Source of the DNA: a virus
DNA length: 64,000 bases
Virus record (IMG/VR): IMGVR_UViG_3300005077_000747
Location: 23,944 to 87,943 of that record
Reading direction: 5' to 3' (one strand)
Each line of letters opens with the position of its first letter. Positions within the stretch are counted from its first letter, which is position 1. A model generated the notes under the pieces. The model did no database searches and was not told the DNA's origin. It saw only the letters and a list, made by a program, of their open reading frames with translations. Made by a program: the position numbers and the translations under genes. Below, piece by piece: positions 54,283 through 62,253 of the stretch.

Positions 54283-54519
54283 TTATGGAACAGCCAAAGC
54301 GTCTTTCATGATCTCCACTTGATCATCTTCCTCGAACAAGTAAACTTCGGTGCTTTCGATAGCCTCGAAAATTTCCCAATCGGACCATTGTTCCCGCGGG
54401 AATAGATCAAGCAGCCGTCTCCAATTCTCTACCATACTATTGGCCCAAGTCGGAACTGTTTTGCTTTCCACTTGCTCCGGAGTCAACTTACACCGTTTCT
54501 GCCATGCTTGCATCTTCAT
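54283..54519 (-). CDS. hypothetical acidic protein
   Basis: Minus ORF 78 aa. Confidence 0.4.
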   Translation of the reverse strand: MKMQAWQKRCKLTPEQVESKTVPTWANSMVENWRRLLDLFPREQWSDWEIFEAIESTEVYLFEEDDQVEIMKDALAVP

Positions 54520-54532
54520 TCCTCCTTTAAAG

Positions 54533-54787
54533 TTATCTCAGTTCGTTTGGAATCCCATAACCATCACCCAACTTCTTATTACCACTATACTTCTCATAGA
54601 ACGGTAAGTTATGAAAAGTAAACTCCCAACACAGATCACATGTGGGACATATCACATTTATAATAACCATCTCATTATAGAACGCGACAATCGATCTCGA
54701 TAGAGCTCCACCACATTCAGGACATTTCTCAGTCATCTCCATACCCCCCACCAATTTAATATCGTTCCTTTTGGTTGAATTAAACAT
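54533..54787 (-). CDS. small Zn-ribbon protein
   Basis: CPECGG...CPTC. Confidence 0.45.
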   Translation of the reverse strand: MFNSTKRNDIKLVGGMEMTEKCPECGGALSRSIVAFYNEMVIINVICPTCDLCWEFTFHNLPFYEKYSGNKKLGDGYGIPNELR

Positions 54788-54800
54788 ACAACCAACTTCA

Positions 54801-55316
54801 TTATCCCCAACCCTTTTTGAGGATCAATATCATCTGAAAGATCCCTGAACCAGCTTCATCATAGTGTTGGAATGAATGAACGTTTTCATCATCGATCTCG
54901 ATAGAGACCGTAGCAAAAACCCATTTACTAAAGACCTGTTTCATATTAGTCAACCATTCCCTAACCGAAACAGTTATGAGTTCATCCTTCTCAGGATCAT
55001 ACCACTGGTTATAATCCTTTATGATTAACGTCGATCTATCTTTCGTTATACGATCAATTTCGTCTGCAATACTTTGGCGTTCGCCGAAACTGCAACTATA
55101 CAGTCCAAACGAGTACCACACCATATCATATTCTTTGTCTTCGGCGGGTGTTGGATTTTCTGTACTGGCATGTTGCAAATAAATTACTTGATCAGTTATA
55201 GCTCCAACACTTTTGCATTCCTCAATGTCTTCTTCGGTTAAGTTCCCACAACACAAGTCAGCTCCAGGAAGTTGCGTTGCAGGTTCATACCCCGTACCCA
55301 AATCTAATACTTTCAT
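54801..55316 (-). CDS. possible small SAM-dependent methyltransferase-like protein
   Basis: N-terminal VLDLGTGYE resembles class-I MTase motif I; weak. Confidence 0.35.
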   Translation of the reverse strand: MKVLDLGTGYEPATQLPGADLCCGNLTEEDIEECKSVGAITDQVIYLQHASTENPTPAEDKEYDMVWYSFGLYSCSFGERQSIADEIDRITKDRSTLIIKDYNQWYDPEKDELITVSVREWLTNMKQVFSKWVFATVSIEIDDENVHSFQHYDEAGSGIFQMILILKKGWG

Positions 55317-55540
55317 TTAGTCCCTCCTACGGGTAAGACATTTAACTCGATGTTTACATACATCACACGCATCCATCTTCTCATCAACGTTATGTTACAC
55401 CGATCACAACTCATCATACACATTGGATTACCATCATACCACTCTTCAAAGAAGAGTGACTTTGTTGTCTTACATTCTGGACAAGTAACACCAAGATACT
55501 CCGCAGACAAAATATGTTCCTTAAAATTAAACTCTGACAT
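55313..55540 (-). CDS. small Zn-ribbon protein
   Basis: CPECK...CDRC. Confidence 0.45.
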   Translation of the reverse strand: MSEFNFKEHILSAEYLGVTCPECKTTKSLFFEEWYDGNPMCMMSCDRCNITLMRRWMRVMYVNIELNVLPVGGTK

Positions 55541-55770
55541 TACTCGTTCTCACCATCTCTAAGTGTCCAATCTTTCCAATCGCCCTCTGTCGTTATAGTA
55601 ATTGGCGGTTTCGCCACGCAACTAAGACGTGACTTACATTCGTCACACTTCTCTGTCCATCGTACAAACAACGTCTTACAACCCAAACAAAAAAAGGAAT
55701 TCGGACAGGCCGGAGAGGCAACTATAGTCTGTTCACATTTAGGACAGGCATCTTTAAAGAAGACCGGCAT
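55540..55770 (-). CDS. small Zn-ribbon protein, family
   Basis: CPKCE...CLGCK...CDECKSRLSCVAKPPIT. Confidence 0.55.
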   Translation of the reverse strand: MPVFFKDACPKCEQTIVASPACPNSFFCLGCKTLFVRWTEKCDECKSRLSCVAKPPITITTEGDWKDWTLRDGENE

Positions 55771-55891
55771 TAGTTACTTGAACTCCGTATAGCACGTTCA
55801 TTACTATCTTAACGTAGGTTTGATGGACAAGTAAGTTTGTAGTAACCAAGATCCAACTAATCAATCCACCCTCTCGTATGAAACGTTTCAT
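55754..55891 (-). CDS. 45-aa hydrophobic small protein
   Basis: Hand-translated MKRFIREGGLISWILVTTNLLVHQ...; RBS AAGGGGG. Confidence 0.3.
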   Translation of the reverse strand: MKRFIREGGLISWILVTTNLLVHQTYVKIVMNVLYGVQVTNAGLL

Positions 55892-55925
55892 GGTACCCCC
55901 TTATAATGAAACATCTTTTGTTTTT

Positions 55926-55956
55926 ATTATAAGGGCTCCTTTGGCTAAAAATAAAG
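55926..55956 (-). promoter_or_regulatory. sigma70-type promoter (TTTATT-18-TATAAT) with AGCC..AGCC spacer
   Basis: Minus-sense CACTTTATTTTTAGCCAAAGGAGCCCTTATAAT. Confidence 0.5.
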
Positions 55957-56206
55957 TGAGAAAAAGAGGGCTCAAAAATTTTTGGATCATACCCACTAAA
56001 AATCGGGGTAAAAAATTTTTGACGTGCAGTTTTTTAGGTGCGGACCTTCCTAGGGATTTGTATAATTGACCCACTAAAATTGGTCCGCGAATTTGGAGAG
56101 AGCTATCCCCGGCCCTATGCGGCGGCGAGCGTGATTGTATATTGTTCGACCGTATCGGGGGAGACCCAAATCCAACTTGCTTATGGCTAATAAATCGCTA
56201 GCACAA

Positions 56207-56572
56207 TTAAAGGGGACAATAGACCAAGGCGGCTCCATGCCAATCTCTCCATAGGCTTAAGGCTAAAAAATCATAGTTCCTTTGCACAATAAGCAGGAGA
56301 GGTTGAATGGGTAGCTTCCGACGATACCTTTGCTCGGCAGACACTAAGTTAAAGATACCTTGATCAACCGCACCATTAACTAACGTACCTGCGGTAACAT
56401 TAACTTTACGTTTCTCTGCTACCTTAAGTATACGTAACATATAGATACGGAACTTAGAGAATGCACTATTCTCATCACGGGTACGAGAACCGGTAGTACG
56501 AGGTTCGATTAACTGTTCGAACAAAGCCTCGTCTTCATCTACCACGTTTACTTCTTTGTTAGTCTCGGTCAT
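56207..56572 (-). CDS. paralogue-A family small protein (C-terminal extent uncertain)
   Basis: EDEALFEQLIE...RDENSAFSKFR...VAEKR...GAVDQGIFNLVSAEQRYRR shared with 62781..63362. Confidence 0.5.
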   Translation of the reverse strand: MTETNKEVNVVDEDEALFEQLIEPRTTGSRTRDENSAFSKFRIYMLRILKVAEKRKVNVTAGTLVNGAVDQGIFNLVSAEQRYRRKLPIQPLLLIVQRNYDFLALSLWRDWHGAALVYCPL

Positions 56573-57263
56573 GGTTTAATGCCTCCTTGTTTGTTTTCAT
56601 TTTTGATTATATTATAACGGCTCCATAAGGACCAAAGCAAGTCGAAAAATGAGGGGTCATTAATTTTCGTATCGACTCCGGCCCGGCTTATGGATTACTT
56701 AGTCAATGCTAAATTTAATGGCTGAATTAGAAGGGCTGTGGATGAATAAGACGCTGCACAAGAAGAAGGCTAAATTTAAAGGGACGGCTCATCTGCCTTT
56801 GGGTTTTGCACAATTAAATGGGACAATAGATCGGTAAGGGATGCCGGCTGAGCTGTCTTTGCCCAATTAAATGGGACAATAGGAAAGGTTCGTCGATGTA
56901 CGTCTTAATGCTGACTAATACAGATAGAGTGGCCCGGCGTTGTACGGATGAGAAGAGGGGACCTAGAATGGCAAGTATATGGTCTGACTAAATGGAGAGG
57001 ACTAGCCCCCGGGGCGGGGCGTGGAATAGGAAGCTGGACGCTGGAAGAGTGGGAGTTAAAAACCGGCGGGCCTGCAAGTTAAGGAAGTTGGATGTTAAAG
57101 ACGAAGCGTCTCAAAGGCTGCAGGAGCTCGAAGCCACTTAAAGACAAGGCCTTCCTGTAAATCAATAAGTGGTTAATAGAAACAGCCTAGACGTATTCAT
57201 CTAGCCTGAAGCTCTAGTAGGGAGAAGGGTCGTCCTTAACCCTTCTCCAACTACAAATTCAGA
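56573..57263 (-). other. 691-bp non-coding island (GC-richer, structured; possible ncRNA or iteron/origin-like region)
   Basis: No ORF >=60 aa on either strand. 19-bp motif CAATTAAA[TG]GGGACAATAG at 56811 and 56864 (plus 56204). Stem-loops include GGAGAAGGGT-N8-ACCCTTCTCC at 57222..57249. Confidence 0.5.
56611..56641 (-). promoter_or_regulatory. sigma70-type promoter (TTGCTT-18-TATAAT)
   Basis: Minus-sense GACTTGCTTTGGTCCTTATGGAGCCGTTATAATATAAT...AAGGAGG..ATG. Confidence 0.5.
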
Positions 57264-57575
57264 TTAGGTTAGCGGGTCTTCATCGATCCACTCTTTCTCA
57301 AGTATGTCTTCCTGCTCATCCATATCGAAGACGTAGTGAGACCTTTCAAAGTGGGCACTCTCAATTACAAAGTTGCCATCATTCCTTAAAACCAGTTCGA
57401 TCGACACACTGCATACCTCTGTACGGTCGTCCTCAGGGCATACAGTGTGATCAATGCTAATGTCAATAATCCCCCCATCGAAAAGATCAACGCCCTTTGT
57501 GGTCAGCACTTTGACCGCGGCCGCAATTGCTTCTGCAATCGCATCTGCTAATGGTTTTGGTTGGAACTCTCTCAT
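57264..57575 (-). CDS. hypothetical acidic protein
   Basis: Minus ORF 103 aa. Confidence 0.45.
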   Translation of the reverse strand: MREFQPKPLADAIAEAIAAAVKVLTTKGVDLFDGGIIDISIDHTVCPEDDRTEVCSVSIELVLRNDGNFVIESAHFERSHYVFDMDEQEDILEKEWIDEDPLT

Positions 57576-57590
57576 CGTACTCTCCTTTGG

Positions 57591-58199
57591 TTAATCGTTA
57601 ACTAAATTGTTCCATAGGTTATGAAGCTCACTACCATACATAACCGTACCGATAAGGATGTCATGCTTTTTCAATAGCCACGCCTGGATGGCGGCATTTA
57701 AAGTGCTTCCCGAAACTGAAACGCCACAGCAGGTGTTAGATCCAATCTCACCCAATGCCAAGCTAACCCCAACAGGGACTTTAGAGTCCTCATCATGAAA
57801 TTCTATTTGGGGTTCGAATCCGAGTTGCTTGAAACGTGCTACAATCAACTCAAGCCGTTTGGACTCATTGAACAACGAACTTGGAGTCTTAAGTTGATTG
57901 AGAAACTCGACATCGGCAATCAGGAAGCAATCTGTCGCATGTGCAGGGTAGAGAAAGTAGTCGGCCTTCCAAAGGTTGGCATCGTTGAGAGTGTAGAAGT
58001 AGTTGGGAGGAGTCTTAATCTCGATGTCATATAAAACTTCATCACACTCAACCAACAGGATCTCAACGCACGACATAACTTCATCCACGGGGATTCCCTC
58101 TCCAAAGTCACTCCTTAACCCTGTTGCAACTAAATCATAGAAGCAGGATCCAGAAAGGCAATTAACTTTTCGGATTGGGCAGGTCTCACAATCTCTCAT
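57591..58199 (-). CDS. protein with N-terminal family motif + larger domain
   Basis: MRDCETCPIRKVNCLSGSC... Confidence 0.5.
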   Translation of the reverse strand: MRDCETCPIRKVNCLSGSCFYDLVATGLRSDFGEGIPVDEVMSCVEILLVECDEVLYDIEIKTPPNYFYTLNDANLWKADYFLYPAHATDCFLIADVEFLNQLKTPSSLFNESKRLELIVARFKQLGFEPQIEFHDEDSKVPVGVSLALGEIGSNTCCGVSVSGSTLNAAIQAWLLKKHDILIGTVMYGSELHNLWNNLVND

Positions 58200-58510
58200 T
58201 GGTCACACACCTCTCTTTGGAAACATGTCTTACAGTCCCGAGCTGGATCGGCTTTACAGAAGTAAAACCACTTCGTCCCGTCCTTACGATCCTGCCAATG
58301 AACTTTAACCTTGGGCCAAGCCAGTTGGGGCATGTCCTTAAGAGCCGACCAGATACGATCATATCGATCGTCGAAAGGAAGTTCCTGGAGGAGTGACTTG
58401 CAAAGTAACCTCGCGGCATGGACTGCTCGCACTCGAGGAATCCTTTTTGCGATTGACATGTCCTGCCACTTTACGAACACTTGAATCAGCCTGCCGATAA
58501 ATTCATCCAT
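58196..58510 (-). CDS. hypothetical protein with C-terminal C-x2-C-x5-C variant
   Basis: ...CKTCFQREVCDQ. Confidence 0.45.
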   Translation of the reverse strand: MDEFIGRLIQVFVKWQDMSIAKRIPRVRAVHAARLLCKSLLQELPFDDRYDRIWSALKDMPQLAWPKVKVHWQDRKDGTKWFYFCKADPARDCKTCFQREVCDQ

Positions 58511-58512
58511 AG

Positions 58513-58758
58513 CTATCTCCTCCTTAATACTTCAACGTGTCGTGCGTTACGGGTCCAATGCCATTCCTCAAATCTGTGGGCGAACCTGGATACAATGTGG
58601 AACGCTTGAGAGATTCGAGCTCGAGGGGGAAGGTGGGTAAGTTTATCTCTAATTTCAAATACCAGGACATCCCGTTGAATCTCTGTAACCCCCTTGGCCG
58701 TTAAGTTGTTTAAACACTCAGCCATTAAATCCATTACATTTGGTCCTTGTACCATCAT
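58513..58758 (-). CDS. hypothetical protein
   Basis: Minus ORF 81 aa. Confidence 0.4.
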   Translation of the reverse strand: MMVQGPNVMDLMAECLNNLTAKGVTEIQRDVLVFEIRDKLTHLPPRARISQAFHIVSRFAHRFEEWHWTRNARHVEVLRRR

Positions 58759-58774
58759 GACATATCACCTCCTC

Positions 58775-59248
58775 TCAAATCAAATCATCTTCAGAGACAT
58801 ATACAGGCTTGGCATGAGGAGTTGTTAAGCACGCCAATCTTTCTGAGCACGCATCACAACCACCTTGATCTCTCTTAATGTATCCCTGGATGACGATGAA
58901 CTTCTTGCCACATGACCTACAGTGGCCGAAACAGGTTTCCCATTTAGAACTAAGTGGAAACCATTGTTCATGTTCACAATCTGGGCATCGCCAGGCTAGC
59001 TCCGCCTTCCAGCTTTGGGGATCCGCTTTGTGCATCGTTGCGGATCCAAGCTCCGGGGGACTCACTATAACATCTCCGTGCTTGAGAGCATCGTGCATTT
59101 GCTTTCTAGCATTAACGATGTTAGTCGCGGGCTGGCAGATTGGAACGACTAAGGGGACATGGAAGCGGAACTTTAGAAACCTAGGTTTCTTTTTCACCAC
59201 AACCTCCTTTCTACGTTGGGAATGGATAAGGGTAGTACAGGGGAACAT
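58775..59248 (-). CDS. Zn-ribbon family protein
   Basis: CPDCE...CRSCG...CDACSERLACLTTPHAK. Confidence 0.55.
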   Translation of the reverse strand: MFPCTTLIHSQRRKEVVVKKKPRFLKFRFHVPLVVPICQPATNIVNARKQMHDALKHGDVIVSPPELGSATMHKADPQSWKAELAWRCPDCEHEQWFPLSSKWETCFGHCRSCGKKFIVIQGYIKRDQGGCDACSERLACLTTPHAKPVYVSEDDLI

Positions 59249-59534
59249 CGAATCCGGATCTTATTCCATACTCGACTAAGTCACATACGGATTGAAGGCG
59301 ATTACCTTCAGACCAGTATTGCTGACTCATTAGAACCCCTTCAGGAAGGAAGTAAAGCACTGTCAACAGTTCGGTACTAAATCGAGGTTTGATGAACAGC
59401 ATCGTTGGAGTCATACTGTCCCGAAGATACTCACATTGATATGGGTGCCCCGTATCATCTATTAGCATTCCAAGTTCAGGGCTGACCATACAATCGAGCC
59501 TACGTTCACACCATTCACAAATGTGTTTGTTCAT
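59211..59534 (-). CDS. protein with N-terminal family motif
   Basis: MNKHICEWCERRLDCMVSPELG. Confidence 0.5.
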   Translation of the reverse strand: MNKHICEWCERRLDCMVSPELGMLIDDTGHPYQCEYLRDSMTPTMLFIKPRFSTELLTVLYFLPEGVLMSQQYWSEGNRLQSVCDLVEYGIRSGFDVPLYYPYPFPT

Positions 59535-59615
59535 TTCGTCATCACCTCCTTTCTTAGCAAGTAGCTCTGGAGAGGGTAAGGTACCTCGAGTCTTACCCTC
59601 ATCCGCAACTACTTG

Positions 59616-59819
59616 TTAGAAGCTAGTACAACCATAACCGAAGTTACGGCCCCACCAATAGCAAGCGACCTTAACATTGCCAATGGTACATAAGTCTTCA
59701 CGATGCGTCGCAAGATTGACGTGCCTATGCTGAGTCCCATCATCGCGATAGTATAACCCACTGCATGCACTCACAATCTCTCCAGTCGAAGTTACGCTCT
59801 TTCTTTCCATATTAAACAC
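59616..59819 (-). CDS. hypothetical protein
   Basis: Minus ORF 67 aa; AAGGAGG RBS. Confidence 0.4.
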   Translation of the reverse strand: MFNMERKSVTSTGEIVSACSGLYYRDDGTQHRHVNLATHREDLCTIGNVKVACYWWGRNFGYGCTSF

Positions 59820-59832
59820 CTCCTTGGGATTT

Positions 59833-59851
59833 AGGGGGACTTAGTCCCCCT
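59833..59851 (-). terminator. GC-rich hairpin after MoxR-2 stop (U-tract-less terminator/processing site candidate)
   Basis: AGGGGGAC-tta-GTCCCCCT. Confidence 0.35.
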
Positions 59852-59859
59852 TGGTTGGT

Positions 59860-60960
59860 TTATGCACCGTACACTCTTTTGCGAATCTCTTTCATGACTT
59901 CGCCCGTGAGAATCTTGAGGGCAAGGTCTTGGGGAAGGGACTTCAGGAATACGAACGTGAGCTCATCGCTCTCGTGTTTGAGCATGAACTGTTGGACGTT
60001 CGTGACTGCCTCCTTACCGAGCCCCTTCAGTTCATGCAGCTTGGATGAGAGCCGGGAGTAAGTAAGGTTGATGATATCGGGCTTCTTCTTCAACGCTTCA
60101 AACTTTGTCGCAGAGTACTTGCCTGAGATGATCTCTTCAGGGAGAATAACCTGTTCCTGGGTCTTGACGCAGGTGACGAAGGAGGTACGTATAGCGGCAC
60201 CCACCCGAGCATCAAGTCTCAACTGAGCGATCTCGGACAAGATGGACTGTCCGCCATCCTTAATGCACCGCAGAGCTTGGTTGGCGAAGTCGCAGGTTCT
60301 TGGAGAGGCACCTTCACCATCAGTCCCGACCACTTCTTTGTAGAGATTGAGGAACGCAGTCCATTCAGGGACCCAATTATTCTTCAGGGCGTACTGCATA
60401 AAGACATTGAAGTCCAGACGGACGTGAAGGGTCTCCATCCTCTCTACTTGTGCAAAGTCAAGGCCACGAGTGGAGTACTTATCGGAGGTGCTGGGATTGG
60501 AAGTCAGCACGACTCTTACATCAGGATGGAGATCAAGAGCGCCGACTTTGTAGTCCAGGAAGACGGGCATGAGGGATTGAAGGATCTGAGCGGGTACACG
60601 GTTGTAGTCATCTAACAAGAGGATGACTCTTTTGAAGTTCCCGGAAGCTGCAGCCTCGTTGGCTTCCACAGCCCAATACGGAGCAGCATAAATAGTCCGA
60701 GCACCCGAATCCCCATTTGCGGTCTTGGGCATACCAGCGATGTCACCGGGCTCCGTGATAACCGCAGCAGTAGGAACGAAGATCACCTTGTAGGCCGGAT
60801 CTTCCTCAAAGCTCCGAATGATGGAGGTCTTTCCAATACCTGCACCGCCTTCTAAGTTAACGGTTACTCGGCGAGGACCCTCGTTCAGCATCATTCGAGT
60901 AAGTTCCATGGCCTGATTCAAATCTACTTCCGCATACCTCTCATTAACACCTTTACTCAT
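59860..60960 (-). CDS. MoxR-like AAA ATPase (copy 2)
   Basis: Walker A GGAGIGKTS, Walker B ILLLDDYNR, VLTSNP; paralogue of 18321..19457. Confidence 0.7.
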   Translation of the reverse strand: MSKGVNERYAEVDLNQAMELTRMMLNEGPRRVTVNLEGGAGIGKTSIIRSFEEDPAYKVIFVPTAAVITEPGDIAGMPKTANGDSGARTIYAAPYWAVEANEAAASGNFKRVILLLDDYNRVPAQILQSLMPVFLDYKVGALDLHPDVRVVLTSNPSTSDKYSTRGLDFAQVERMETLHVRLDFNVFMQYALKNNWVPEWTAFLNLYKEVVGTDGEGASPRTCDFANQALRCIKDGGQSILSEIAQLRLDARVGAAIRTSFVTCVKTQEQVILPEEIISGKYSATKFEALKKKPDIINLTYSRLSSKLHELKGLGKEAVTNVQQFMLKHESDELTFVFLKSLPQDLALKILTGEVMKEIRKRVYGA

Positions 60961-60970
60961 AATACCTCCC

Positions 60971-62149
60971 TTATTTGTTTACTCCGCGCATACGGAGAGT
61001 CGTTGCCCAGTCAGGCAGGTTAGCATGGCTATCTTCAGTGAGGACGATCAATACCGACTTCAGGCCAGCAGGAATGCCTCCGCTCACATCAAAGATGTAC
61101 CCATCAGTCAGGATAATCACTTCTTGCATCTCAGGGAAACCTTCTTGGACTTTCACAATGGCTTCGCGAAACATTGTCCCGCCACCTCCATGAACTTTCG
61201 GAGGTGTGCCGGTGTAGATATAACTATCATGAAGTGCAGCATCAACTTCATGAACCCAGATGCGGTAGCCCATAAGATGAAGTTTATGTATGATGCTGAA
61301 ACAGGCACCGATCTCTTTATTAGACATCGACCCTGAAGTATCTACCATGATGTGAACCTCCCCCTGATAATCATGCTTAGCTCCAGGAGGTATAGAATAT
61401 CTTCGGGAGGTATGACGCTTACAGAAACGCCAGTCTTCGCTTTGCTCCGATGACTGAGCATAAGTAATGAACTGGTCTTTCCAATCGACGTCAGCAGTAG
61501 TTTTGTATAGATCTCGAAGTGCTCCACTGGGAGCCGTCCCCGCCATCTTGCATGCTCCCTCAAAGAGGTTGCGCGCAAGTCCCTCAGCTTCTATCTCAGG
61601 GACGTCGACCTTCCAGAAGTGCTCCGGAACTTCAACTTCGAATTCCTCATCCGTCTGACTGCCACCTTTCGAAGGATCTCCCTTCCCATCCCCTTTGACC
61701 TTAACTTTAATCTTCTTAGTAGGGAGGTTTGAAAGGTACCACTCATACGTTTTGTTCTTATCCAACTTGAACTGAGACGGCATAAGAACAAATTCCGGTT
61801 CGTGGATGTGGCAGGCATCTGAAAGGAAGGAGTTGGTTGCTAAGTCCATGGCGATGTTATTAATCATATGGGACCTATCAGCCCCCGCATTCCTAGCTCG
61901 CCAAGGGTGCTTAAACAAGAAGTGGGCAATCTCGTGCATAAGAATGTACCTCTGATCGGCTTCCTTATACTCAAAGAACTCATCAGGGTTAATTACGATG
62001 CACAAGCTTTCACGGACAATCATTCCCGCAGGTGCTGGGAGATCCTTTTCAAAAGACCAAGTACACACTGCGAGGACGTGACCGAAGAAAGGTCGTTGCT
62101 CTAGAAGATTCATTACGAGCCTACGAATCTTCTTTCGATCCTCACTCAT
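60971..62149 (-). CDS. VWA-domain + HExxH (DUF2201-like) protein (copy 2)
   Basis: HEIAHFLFKH; DTSGSM; paralogue of 20041..21273; immediately precedes MoxR-2. Confidence 0.65.
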   Translation of the reverse strand: MSEDRKKIRRLVMNLLEQRPFFGHVLAVCTWSFEKDLPAPAGMIVRESLCIVINPDEFFEYKEADQRYILMHEIAHFLFKHPWRARNAGADRSHMINNIAMDLATNSFLSDACHIHEPEFVLMPSQFKLDKNKTYEWYLSNLPTKKIKVKVKGDGKGDPSKGGSQTDEEFEVEVPEHFWKVDVPEIEAEGLARNLFEGACKMAGTAPSGALRDLYKTTADVDWKDQFITYAQSSEQSEDWRFCKRHTSRRYSIPPGAKHDYQGEVHIMVDTSGSMSNKEIGACFSIIHKLHLMGYRIWVHEVDAALHDSYIYTGTPPKVHGGGGTMFREAIVKVQEGFPEMQEVIILTDGYIFDVSGGIPAGLKSVLIVLTEDSHANLPDWATTLRMRGVNK

Positions 62150-62188
62150 TCGTATCCCCCTTGTATTTATAAATATTTATACAATTAT

Positions 62189-62220
62189 ATTATAAAGGCT
62201 TTTTGAGGGGACAAAAAAGT
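62189..62220 (-). promoter_or_regulatory. sigma70-type promoter (TTTTTT-18-TATAAT)
   Basis: Minus-sense CCACTTTTTTGTCCCCTCAAAAAGCCTTTATAATATAAT. Confidence 0.45.
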
Positions 62221-62253
62221 GGAAATAAAATTGCCCCCTCAAAAAAGCGTACA

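Noticed and set aside
56807-56885. Possible CRISPR-like array from repeated CAATTAAATGGGACAATAG
   Set aside because: Only two adjacent copies plus one distant copy, with irregular spacing and no cas genes. More consistent with protein-binding sites or iterons.
4119-59534. Suspicion that the recurring CxxCxxRLxCL signal is a DNA-level repeat such as a terminator or RBS embedded at gene ends
   Set aside because: Codons for the conserved residues differ between copies (Arg as CGA, AGG or CGT; Leu as TTA, TTG or CTT). The downstream RBS is encoded by residues after the motif. The motif also occurs at N-termini. The conservation is therefore at the protein level.
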